DNA of 64,000 nt. It comes from Geosiphon pyriformis uo1 (Eukaryota > Fungi > Glomeromycota). The notes under the pieces were generated by a model. It had not been told where the DNA came from, did no database searches, and saw nothing but the letters and a program-made list of their open reading frames with translations. Within the stretch, counting starts at the first letter, position 1. Each line of letters starts with the position of its first letter. The stretch covers positions 486,703 to 550,702 of the forward strand of contig JAAOMT010000436.1 in the NCBI GenBank assembly GCA_016748015.1. The letters run 5' to 3'. The translations under genes were made by a program, and so were the position numbers. This document shows positions 51,705 to 64,000 of this stretch, one piece after another.

Positions 51705-54700
51705 TTTTATTTATTTATTTATTTATAAGTAAAGTTCAATTACCATCTAATATAATAAAACTATCTAAAGTTCTAAATTAAATATAATTTATGTGTTTGT
51801 TATATATAACTAGTTATTTAGCTAATTAAAACAATATTATATAATTATATTAATTAAAACCTCCTTAACTACATCTGTATAAAACAGACAACTAATTTTT
51901 AATTTAAAATTAACAACATGACTCTTCTTAATTTTCAAAAAATAAGCAACTTTATCTGAAATCTTAACAGAAAGACCACAAACAATATTAAACATAAAGC
52001 CATTTTTATTTAATAAATTTCTATAATTTATTTTAGCTTAAAGTTTTGAATTAGGCACTTATATTTACTTCTTATAACTAACAATTAAACTTCAAACAAA
52101 CTCAACCAATTTAGATACAACAAGCTTAATATTTTTAAAAGAAGCTTTAACTTTTACCAACCAATTCTTAAAAACAAACTTTTTACACAAAACTATATAT
52201 AAATTAATATTAAAAACACATATAGTCAATAACTAAAAAACTACAAATAAAACCAAATTCACATCAGTCATAAATCTCTAAATAATAGAGTATTTATTCA
52301 ACAGCTTCTGACAAACAGAAAAATTTAAATTGCAAACAAAACTATAATTCAAAAACTCTATCTTATTACAATATATACACAATATATTTGGATAACTACA
52401 ATTATATAAGTACTTTTTAACTGTTATTAACAATCTTCTATGTAAAACTTTTATTAGATATATGTACAAGCCAGTAATAGTTTTGTTTATGTATTCAGCA
52501 CCTATGTAAAAGTTAAAATGCCAAACTAAAACAATATGCTTTCAATTAATATTACTAACATATAAAAAATCTACAATATTGAAATTTGGTTTAACTTCTT
52601 ATTAAAAATGCTTTATAGTATTATTTACAATTCTAATAAAATAATAAATATTGCCAAATACCATCTTACTATCAACTATTAGATAATTTTTTTAATATTT
52701 TCTGGAAGAATAATTCCTGAAAAAATAATTTAATTTGCTAATTTATTAATATGCTTATTGTTTAATACACCTAAATAATTTTTTATCTTGGCCCAATTTA
52801 TAAAAATGCCTTTATTTCTGATCAAATTACTAATATAATAGCACTCTACTCAACATTTATTGTAAAAATCAGGTGCCACTAATTTTAACTTAACTTGATA
52901 TATGTTCAAAAAAATCTAACTGTTAAAATAAATTGTGACTTTAGATAAAATTGAAACATATTTAAAAGCCAAAGCAATAGTTTGCATCTCAACCAAAGTT
53001 GAAAACAACAATCTATAAATTTCTACACCAGCATACAAATTCAGATCAGAAAAATAGGCAGTTGTATTACTAATATTACCAAAAAAGCCAAAGTTTTTAA
53101 TTAAATTATTAATGTAAATTGAAATTTTAGACAAAGATACATCTTTTAAACTCAAATAAATAACATCAAAGTTATGTATATTAGCAATACTTATCTTGAA
53201 AAAATGTTTAAAAGCAGATAAAAAATCTTAAACCAAATTATCATTATTAATAAAATCTAAAACCTGTATAAACCAAAAAAAAATTAAATCTTTAAGATCC
53301 AATTATTTTCATTGACAAAAATTCTTTCAAGTAAAGCATTTTTTATGATTATTTAAAAGTTGGTCTACAAAAATAATGCCAAAACATTTTAAAAATTTAT
53401 AAATTCAAAAGTATTTTGTTTAATCTAAAATATTTAAAATAAAAATATTATGCTTAAAACAAAAAACATTAAGTAAACCAGTAAACAAAAAAATATTATT
53501 GTGCAAAAAAATTTTAATAATACCAACCAAAAAATTGTTTATAGAATTGATTTTCAACTTGATAGAAGATTAAAGAAAATTTTGAGAAATCCAATTTAAG
53601 ATTTACAGATCTAATAATCTGTATTTAAAAAACTGGCCAAAAATATCTTTAGCATTAGCAAAATTTATTATTAATGCTATCTTTTTTTCTATTTAAACTT
53701 GATCAAAAAGTCTCAAACTATACAAAAATAAATAATAAATAGCTTTATTAAGAAAGTTTTTAGGCAAACTGGTTTTAGACTTTAATTTTTTTCTAATTAA
53801 ATAATCTTATTTTTTATATGTATTTTTATTAACAAAGCTAAATTAAATTTTGTATTCAACAATGAACTATAAAACAGCCAAAACCAAATAGAAAAACTGT
53901 TTGTTTAATATAGTTTTATACAAAACTATAAATAAAAAAAACTTTATATCTGAATTTATTTTTTTTAAACTTGGACCAAAAAAACTCTTAGTTAACAAAA
54001 AATACTTAAGCTTTACCAGTCTTTGCAATTAAAATAAAAGACCTAATTATATTTAAAAAAACATTATTAACTCTTAAATTAATTGATATAACTACTGTTT
54101 TATCTGTATTTATTAAAATATCTATAATATTAAAAAATTTGCTAGCAATATTTAAGATGTTCTGTGTTGCTATTCTACAATTGCCAATCCAAATTATATT
54201 ATTTACAAAAGCATTAGCAACCAAATAAAAGTTTAGACTAGTATTAAATTTAATTTTGTTAGTTTTAGCAACAAATTTAAAATTTACTTAATATCTAAAC
54301 AAAAATTTATTTCTTTTTACTTTATACAAAAAAAAATCATAAAAAATTCTTTAAATAAAAGACAAAAAAACTTCATTTTAATCAAGTTTATTATATATCT
54401 TATAGTACTTAGACAAACCAAAATTGGTTATAACTTTATTTATATGATTATTGTAAATATAACCAAAAAATCTGATAAATTTATTACATATTTTTATCTA
54501 TTTTAAACTATTTTTTAGATACAACCAGCCCATTAAATTATAAGTTTTGTGTATGTTTTAAAGCACTAATTAAATTTTTCTATCTTTTTTCAAAGTATTT
54601 TCAATAATAAATTCAACAACAAAAATAAAAAACTGAATTGAAATGATCTTTAAAACTAAAAAATTGTCTTAATATAAAATCTTATATTATTGTAAGTCTT

Positions 54701-57700
54701 AGAAATATAATTAGACAAAAAATTTTCTTTGCAGTTTTAATAAAAACAATAAGTCTGGTATTCATTAAAATGTTTTTTTATTTATATGATTTTAAAAACA
54801 TAGATATTTAGACCTTTTTTTAAGTATTGAAACTAATTTAATTATTAAATACAAATTAAATAAACATAATAAACAATTCAAAACAAACTTGTCATAATGC
54901 TTTCATATCTTATTGGAGATATCAGACAATTTAGCAGCTTTACTATTAGAAAGATTTTTAATTATTGGCAAAAACTTATTAAAACTAATTTGTGATATTA
55001 GATTAGAAAATATATTATTATTAATATAATCAAAAAGTGGAAATTGTTTTTGCCAGTAAAAAAAATAGTAGCTTTAATTGCATATTTTTTGCTCCAATTT
55101 TTTATAATTGAATTAATTTTACTTTTAACTGAATTAAGCTTTAAAATTAATTTACTATTATTAATTAAATAATTTAATATAATCTTTCTAAAAAGTTTTT
55201 TTATTACACTTCTTATTATTTAACTCTTATTGTTAACAAAAGCTTCTATGTATTTGGTAATAATAATTCTAATACAAAAATTATTAATAGCTTTAAATTT
55301 TAATATCTTATAAATTTTTTTAAAACAAGTCAATAATTGTTTAATCAAAATCTTGTTATAACTATTATTAAAAAAAATTTTAAATTTTACTGCCTGATTA
55401 GAATTCAAAAAAATTTATTTGTTGACCAAAACCTGAATTTTTCCTGAATTTTTTAATCACTATGCCTTCAAAATTCTTAATATTAGCAATTTTAGTCTGT
55501 AAAATTTAAAAGATACAATATTTTTGGCCATTCTATTACTTTAGTATTTGTCTTTAAAAAAGCAGCATTAATTAAAGAACATACTACCCTATTAAACAGC
55601 TGCCATATTTCATTGAGATCAGTTTTTTTTTTACAATTATCAAAGTTTTTAACAGTAATTAAAGCAATAGTTAATAACAAACTTCCAAACTTTTTCTAAA
55701 CTTTTTTATTGATTTTGCAAATTTTATACTTTCATTTATTTTTGGTAGTTTGTTTACATACTGAATTAAGTTGAAAGTTAAGAAGTTTTTTTAAACCAAT
55801 ATTTACTGATACAACAAAATAATTAGTATCAAAAAATTTATTTAAACAGTAAATTTGTTAATTAAAAGATAAACTTTAAAAACCATTATTAATTAAAACA
55901 AAGTCTATGTATTTTTTTATCTTTCTAGAATTAAATTATGTAAAAAACTTATGCAATAAAAAACTACTAAAAAAATTAAACAACTTATATTCAAAAATTT
56001 TCTGAAATTTACACTGTAATCAGAATTATTTTTATTGAAGTTACTATCAAAAATTATAAATATATTACTATTTAAAATTTTAGTTATTATTAAATTAACA
56101 TTACAAGATTGGACCAACTTTTTTTTTAAAGTAACATCAGCATATAATCCAAAATAAAAACTAAAAAACAATTCTTAAACAACAAATATATTAACAAAAA
56201 TTAACCAATTATTTTTAATATTTTGTATATATATCTAATAATATTATTGATTATTATTGTAATATTAAAACCCAGATAATTGAAGTCAACTTTCAAAGTA
56301 AAAACTTTAATTCTCTTAAATTTATTTATAATCCAAAAACAACCTTTATATTTTAGTTTTGTTTTTATTATAATAGATATAAAATTATTTTTATTTTTAT
56401 GCCAACAAATAATATTCTTTTGCTTAGCAAAATTGTTTATTTCTTTAATATTATATATAGTAATTTTCTAAATAAGACTGGTTATTAAGAAAAACAAAAG
56501 CCCAAAACCAAACCAAAATTGTTTGTTTTGATTAAAAACACTAAAACTATATCTAATAATTTTTTTATGTTATCTTTTAATTTTAAAAACTTAACAAATC
56601 TAAAAACATCATTTTTGTTACAGTTTTATTGCTAGTGATCATATTTAAATTCTTACTTATTACTATATCTACTTCTTAATTTTGTAATAAAAAAATTATT
56701 AACAATTAATATTTAGAACTAAACTAAAAAACTATTGGCTTAAATATATTTAATTTTTTAGCCAATTTACCAATTTGCTTTATAAAACCAGTAAGACTGT
56801 ACTTAAAAGCAGCAAACTTATTATTTATTTTTAATATAACCAATAGAAAAAACTTTATCTCTATAAAAAAACCAATTTTTAAAAACATATTATGTAGAGA
56901 AAGAAAAAAAATGAAAAACTACCAATAATTTTTACTTAAAAAACTTTACTAAAAAAAACTAAATAAATAATAAAAGCCAAATATTTAATATAAATAATAA
57001 TAAATCTGTTTTTATCTGCTTTTAAAAGAATTTTATAAGAAAGATCATCTAAAAGACTTTTTTACTATTAATATAACTAATTAATATATAATTTAATTTT
57101 TTATACTTAACACATTTGGTCATGTCTAAATAAGACTAATACAGATTAGCACTTTTTAAAATTAGTATGATACTTATAACAGCATTTAGCAAATTAGTAG
57201 AATTAAAACAAATTACCATATATTTAGTCTAGACATATATAATAGAATGATAATGAATCATATATGTTTTCTCACTTACAAATCCAATAAAGTTTTAAAT
57301 ATTATGTATATTTGTTTTTATTAATAGTATATAGAATAGTGCTTTATTACAGTCTTTTGTATTCTATGTTTTTTTGTTTATATTAGTTTTAACAATCTTT
57401 ACAGTATTTTTTTAATTAGAATAGACTATTTTACTATAGCCAAATTAATATAATTAGATTATCTAAATTCAATTACAGTCTTTTGTCATATTCTTATCAA
57501 CTGTATTTTGATTAATACAATTATTTCAAATTTAAATAGTATAGTATACTAATATTTTAATTAATATTTTTTTTATTACTACAGCCTAATTTAAATATTT
57601 AACAGATTTTCTAAAATTAGTATTTACCAAAATATTTGCAGTTCTTGTTTTTTCTATTGTCTATATTAAATTTAATTTAAAAGTAAATAATATACAAATA

Positions 57701-58382
57701 ATATCAACAAATTTTAAGAAAATAAAAGTTTTTTCAAAATTATTAATTCCAAAAAACAAATTTCTGATCATTTTTAATTTTTTTTGAGATAATTTTCTTA
57801 TTATAGCATCTAAATTGATATTTAAAGCAAAAAATTTCTTAATAAACACATTAATTAGATTTTTTTAAAAAAAAAATTACAAAAGCATCTAAGAAAATAT
57901 TTTTTTTATTTTTATTTAAAAACTTAATCTTTTTTAAAGATATGTCTAATATTTTTTTGGTCACCAATCTAAATTTTTTAAGTGTTTGGTTTAAGTTGTT
58001 TTTATCTAAAACATTTTTTTTATTATAATTTACACTGGTTTCTTCTATTAATATTATTGGATTTAATAGTATTATTAATCTTAAATCTTCAAAAACAACC
58101 AACTATTTTTTTGGCAAACAACTTTTTATTAATAATATTATCTTTCAAAGTACTACTTTTTCTCTTTTTTTTTGGAAAAAATATTTCTGTTAACAATACC
58201 AAAACCAAAATTTCTGGCAGATTTCTTTATAATAGTAATACTAAGACCAACAATAGTCTTATAGTTAAGCAAAAATGATTTAAATTTATCAAATTGAATA
58301 GTATATATTGACAACTAAAAAACTTTTTTATCAAAATTAAAATTCTTTGATAATTATTAAAATAAACAAAAAAAAAGTTTTT
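51705..58382 (-). mobile_element. Full-length, heavily AT-shifted LINE
   Basis: 3' UTR remnant ~51725-51840. CCHC remnant LCIYCNKIEFLNYSFVC. RNase H remnant (52916..53155). RT ANAFVNNIIW. APE remnant (55917..56171). ORF1 KFFALNINLD...GINNFEK. 5' end AAAAAAAGTTTT. Confidence 0.88.
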
Positions 58383-58835
58383 ATAAAAATTATAAAAGAA
58401 TTTATAAAAAAAACATAATTAAAATATTTAATTTATTAAATAATATTATTAAAACCATATTTTTAATAAGTAATACTTTTTATTATTTGATTAATATTAT
58501 AATAAAAACAAATTAGATAATAAAATTAATAATTTATTTAATAAAATAAGATATAATCTAAAATGTTAATAATATATGTTTAAAGAACCAGAAATAATAA
58601 AAAATTAAAAGATTAATAATAAATATATAACATAATTTAAATATTAATAAGAAATATTTAAAACTTTAAAATAATAATAATTAATTGTTTCCTATAAAGC
58701 TATAAAAAAAGTTGGCTTAATATAAAACTAATGCTTTTTTTAGTTTACAAAAAACTGTATATATAATTAAATTATATAAGATTTATATATTATATTAAGA
58801 TTATTTTAAATATATTAATTATTTATTTTTTTATT

Positions 58836-58866
58836 AGTCATTTTAACGAGCAAAGCCCAACTGCTA
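58836..58866 (-). mobile_element. ~30-bp LINE 3'-terminal remnant
   Basis: CATTTTAACGAGCAAAGCCCAACTGCTA resembles CATTTAATGAGTGTAGCCCAATCGCTA (13820-13846). Confidence 0.5.
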
Positions 58867-59299
58867 ATTATTTATATACATTAAATTAATTAATTTAGTT
58901 GTAAACTTACTTACCATATTATTTTCAAAAGTTAATAATTTAAATAATCAGATTTAAATAATTAAATTTAAAACTGTAATTATATAATATTAATATTAAT
59001 TGTAATTATAATTAATATAATTAAATATAAATTAATTAATTATATTTTTTGATAATTATTTTTAAATAATAATTACAAATTTGAAATATTAAACTACATA
59101 AATAGAAGCATATAAAAATTTTAAAGCATAATAAAGTTTATTATTATTAAATTATATATATTAATTGTTAATTTTTATTGGTGTTTTTTAATTTGTCAAA
59201 AAAAAATTTGTATTTAATTTAATTAAATAACTAAATTATATTATATTTTTTTGTTGTTATTAAGTTGATTGCTAATTTTTTATTTTTTATTTGCAGACT

Positions 59300-61200
59300 A
59301 ATTTTGTTAATTAAACATAATAATATAAGTCTTTTTTATAGTATGTTTTGTAATTTTTGTATTAAAAACCATAAAATCTGCTGATAATACTATATAAATC
59401 AAAATTAACAATTAAAGTTTTATTAATATCCAATAATTAAACAATATTATTTAACAAATATACAATAATATTATAAGAACTATATAAAACAAAAAATCTA
59501 TTATTAATTAAATTACTCTTTTTTATTATTAATTTATACTTAAACTTATATAACTAAATTTTTTTTCTATAATTTTCTACTAAGTATTAAATAAATATAA
59601 TCATAGACAGTTAAACTAATTTGATTTTTTTAAAAATCAATACTTTTATACAAAGTTATATATATTAAGTTATTTAATATATTAAAATCTAATAATTGTA
59701 TTACTAAAAAAACAAAAACAAAATATCTAATTAAAAAACCCAAAATTTCAAAATTTTTTTTAATAATTTTAAATAAATATTAATATCTAATTTATACATA
59801 AAATATAATCCAAGAATTCAATTTTTCTATAATAAAAATAAATCATTTTAGTATATTATCTATTATATAAATATTTTTTAATAATAATAAAAAATTATTT
59901 GTAAACAGCTTTTATAAAATAGATATACAAGTTAGTCATAGGTTTATTAATAAAATTCAAGCTTATATGTAAATTTAATTGTTATATTACAAATATATAA
60001 TGCCAATTAATATAATTAATTATATTATAAAGAACAATTTTAATATTAAAACTAGTTTTTTACTTAGTATTTTCAATTAATTAATAAAATAATAAGCATT
60101 TTCTAAAATAGTCTTTTTATCAATTGAAATTAATTTTTCTAAATTAAAACCAGAAAAAAAATATTAAATAAGCAGAAGCACTAACCAATTTATTAATAAT
60201 TATATTATCTATTATACTTAAATAATTCTTAATTTTAAATTACAATATTAAAATGTTTTTATTATATATAAAATTAAAAATCTGTTTTTTTTTAATTTAA
60301 CAGTTATTATAAATATTAAGCTTAAGCAAACCAAGTTCTAAAACACAAAAATCAAATAAAATCTAATTGTTTAAATAAATATTAATTATACAGAAAAAAA
60401 GAATATACTTAAAAACTAACAAGATAACTTATAGTTCAATATGTATCAATAATATCAATTTAAAAATCTGTATACTAATATTTAGACCAAGCTTATCAAA
60501 AAATACAATATTATTAATAATAATATTACAATACTTTAGTTTTTTTAACAAATTATTCATAAAAATATTAATAACTAATAGTTCTGTTTTTGTTAAATAC
60601 TTTTTAACTACTAATAAATCATATATTTTAACAACTAATATTATAGCAAAAAGACAAATCAATTTTATAAACAAATTTGTTTTAATGAAAATAAGTAATA
60701 ACAATAAACTAGTAAAATACTAAATTCTTAAAATCAAGTTTTTTTTATTGATAAAAAGTTTTTTAATTAAAAATATTGTCATGTTTATTTAATAATTGTT
60801 ATTTAAAAGCCATATTAAATTTTCTTAAAAATTAACAACATTAAAATACAAATTTATATCCAAAATATTTAAAATTAAAATGTTATCTGTGTTTAAAAAC
60901 ACCAAAAAAACAGAGTTAATTAATAAAACATTACAGTTTAACAAAATTTTAATTATACTAACAAGAAAATTGTTAATTAAATTAATATATAACTTAATAA
61001 AATAAAAACAAAATTTATAGATTTGTAATAAAAAACTGATTTATAATACCAAAGACATTTAAAAAAAAATCAGAAACACAATCTTATTTTCAATTTAAAC
61101 TTGTTCAAATAACTTAAAATTATATAAAAAAATAATATATAACTTTATTTAAAAAAATCTGTCTTATTTTTTAAACTTTTATGTATTATTGTATTGTATT
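59300..61200 (-). mobile_element. Decayed retroelement-like fragment, possibly an endonuclease region
   Basis: Residual coding-like base pattern. ORF 60429..60704 is faintly similar to an APE C-terminal region. Family not assigned. Confidence 0.3.
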
Positions 61201-61949
61201 TTTAATACATATTTTTAAAAACAAAGTTAATTATTATTTGTAATTAACAATAGATTAAATTACAGCAAAAACTAAATGCAAAAACTATTTATTAAAAATA
61301 GTTTTCTTCAAAACCATATTAACAAAAAATTTGATATTAAAATATATTTTGAAAAAATTAAACTTGAAAAGTTTATAGACAAAAAATACTGTTATAAATA
61401 AACTTAGTAAAATATAATTATAATTTTTGGTGCTTGTAATTTAATAATAAAAGCAATATGAGAATTGAATAAATTGGCTTTAATTATATTATAAGTTATT
61501 AATTTTTAAAGGTTTTCTTGTTTTTGAAGTTTTTTTTATTAAATTCTTTTGTTATAAGACACAAAAATATTGTTTTTTTAATTGTATAACTATTGTTGTG
61601 TTTTCCTCCAAGCTAGTAAACATAATTATTAAGATTTAGTATTGTCTTTTTACTTTTTTAGTAAGTTAACAAACTAAAGTTAATATTTAAATCTAAGAAA
61701 AACTTTTTTTTTACCAAACTATTATAAAGTTTATTCTTAAACAGTCGATTTTCAATGTTATTACTCTACAAAAAAAAATAAAAAAAATTAGTATTTTATT
61801 AATTGTAATAATTAAAAGTAATTAATTTAGTTGTTTAAAATTTTAAAAGCATTTATACTAATAGCATTTGGTCTAAAATGAAAATAAAAGCAATAATTAA
61901 TTTGATTCAAAAATCAGAGTGTTAAAATTATGTACTTTGTAAATTTAAG

Positions 61950-64000
61950 TAATAATATTTTTATATAATTAATACAGAATATAAAAAAATAAAATAAAAA
62001 ATTATAAAACTAAAGAAAAACTATTTAAAAAGAATTAATTTGTATTAGATTTGTTTTTTATTTATTAAAACTATATTTTTTTATACATATTTTTTAATTC
62101 TACAAAATTGTTTTTAATTGTTTATTATTGTTAACTATTATTTATTATTTTAGTTATTGTTTTGTTTTTTATATTATAATTAGTTATTATATATTATTAT
62201 TAATTATTTTGTACTATTTTATATTATTATGTATTATTATGTATTATCTTAAGTTATTTTGTATTATTTTGTATTATCTTATATTATCACGTTTTTTTAT
62301 ATTATTATATATTAATTACATTTTTTTAATAGGTTTAAATTGGTTTTTTTATTCAGATAATATTATTTTTTCTTTTTAAAATTAAGCTTTTACAAAATTA
62401 TATGTATCTTTAAAAATTGTTCTTTTAGTATAGTATTTAATTATCATGTTAAATATTGTTTTTTGTAGTTCTTTAAACCGAGAATTTGTTATTTATTTTA
62501 TATTTTTAATTGTAATAGTTTTCAATAAATTGTTTAATAATATGATTGAATAATATTTAAATATTGAATATAATTAATATATTATTTTGTAATATAGTAT
62601 TAAGTTGTTTCTTTTAACAAATTTTTTTATTTATTTAAAAGCTTTTTTATTGAATATTTATTTGTTGTTATTTATGTATAGTGTTTATAAATCCAGTTTT
62701 TTGCCAATTTTAAAAAACTAATATATTAATAAAAATTTTTTTTTATATCATGAAAATTTTAGAAATTTATTTTTTAGTATTTAGTTTTATAACTAAGTTG
62801 TATAAAACTTTTTTGATTTTTTTTATTGTTTAAAACCACATAGCTTTTTTTTTAATTATTTATAAAGATAAAAATATTCAGTTTTAGTTAAATTTTTGTT
62901 TATTTTTTCTTTGCTTGTATTTTTGTATTATATATCTTTTCTATTAATTGTAATTTTTATTGATATTGTAAATTATTAAATTGCTAAAAATAGTTTTTAT
63001 AAAAGTTTTAAGATTTTGTCTAAGAAGTTTATGCTAAAAATGTTTTAAGCTTTTTTTCTCATTTTTTTTAGTATTTATATATCTAATTTGTGTAATTCAA
63101 ATTTTTATACATGGACTAAATTTAATTATAATGATTAGTTTCAAATTTTGTGTAATATTTTTAGGTCTGATTAATAAAATTTGTGTTTTTAATTAAAGTA
63201 TAAATAATAACAATTTTTGTGTTGTATAATAAAGTTTTAAACAATTTTTATATACAGTTTTCTTTAAAATTCTGTTTTCTAATTGTAGTTTATAAGCTTT
63301 ATTGCTAAAAACTTTGTATATGTAAAATAGTCTATCCTATTTTAGGTCAAATTTTTTATTCTATTGTTTTTTAGCTTTAGTACAATATAATAATACTTGG
63401 TTTTTAATCTTGAATTCAATTAGTTAGTCCAGTAAACAATTATTATGTCTTTTTTTTGTTATTTTTAAGAGTTATTAAAATTGTTAGCTGTTATTTTATA
63501 ATTGTTTTCTAGTGTTTCTATAAACTGGTATGTTTTTTGGTATAAAATAACTTTAAAGTTCTCTTTAATAATTGTTTTTGTTAGAAAAAAAGATATTTTT
63601 AGTTTAATAAGCAGAATGATTTTTTTTATAGACTAATTTAAAAAATGTAAATTAGATAGTATTTTGCTTTAATGTTTGGTATATAAATAATAATAATAAA
63701 GATATAAATAAGTTCTATTCTTATATCTTATTTTTGCTAAAGCTTTGTATAATGTTTGATTAAATTATTCTATTAATTTGTTTGTTTAAAAATAATATAA
63801 AAATAACAAAAATTATTTTATTCTATATTATTTACTTAGTTTTATCAAAGTACTATTAATAAAATAAGTTTTTTGATTGAATAATAATTTTTTTAAACAT
63901 TTATGTTAACAAATTAGATCTTGATATATAAACTTAATTATTGTATTGGTATTTACAACTTGGATGACTTAGGCTTTTGGCCATTTTGTAAGATAGTTTA
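61950..64000 (-). mobile_element. Decayed Gypsy 3' portion: LTR end (~62361), PPT remnant, post-integrase region, integrase core
   Basis: 63655-63720 aligns with integrase 27335-27400. The sequence after 62361 resembles PPT-CTTAAGACTGAGCTTT (25964-25990). The left boundary is uncertain. Confidence 0.65.

Overview
Eukaryotic, very AT-rich fungal DNA. The intron style, the GPCR family and the TE proteins resemble Glomeromycotina, possibly Geosiphon; this is my recollection, not a database check. About 85% of the window is nested, decaying retrotransposons of clearly different ages. (i) A full-length RNase H-bearing LINE (23938-40675, minus strand, 15-bp TSD) is split by a complete 9.9-kb Ty3/Gypsy element (24980-34845, minus strand, 4-bp TSD). 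That element carries a Cys-rich insert, a dUTPase and an extra ORF in the env position. (ii) Older, almost GC-free copies of the same or related LINE and Gypsy families. (iii) An ORF1-only element ending in the LINE 3' UTR (HAL1-like). (iv) Several tiny 5'-truncated LINE tails. A CpG-retaining island (~41460-50050) holds two divergent host genes. One is a flavodoxin-like quinone reductase (Pst2/Ycp4/WrbA family) whose stop codon lies inside a splice donor, predicting a short isoform and a long isoform with a lipidation-type tail. The other is an 8-exon cAMP-receptor/Git3-like 7TM gene. Repeat decay is almost entirely C>T/G>A transitions (RIP-like or methylation-driven).
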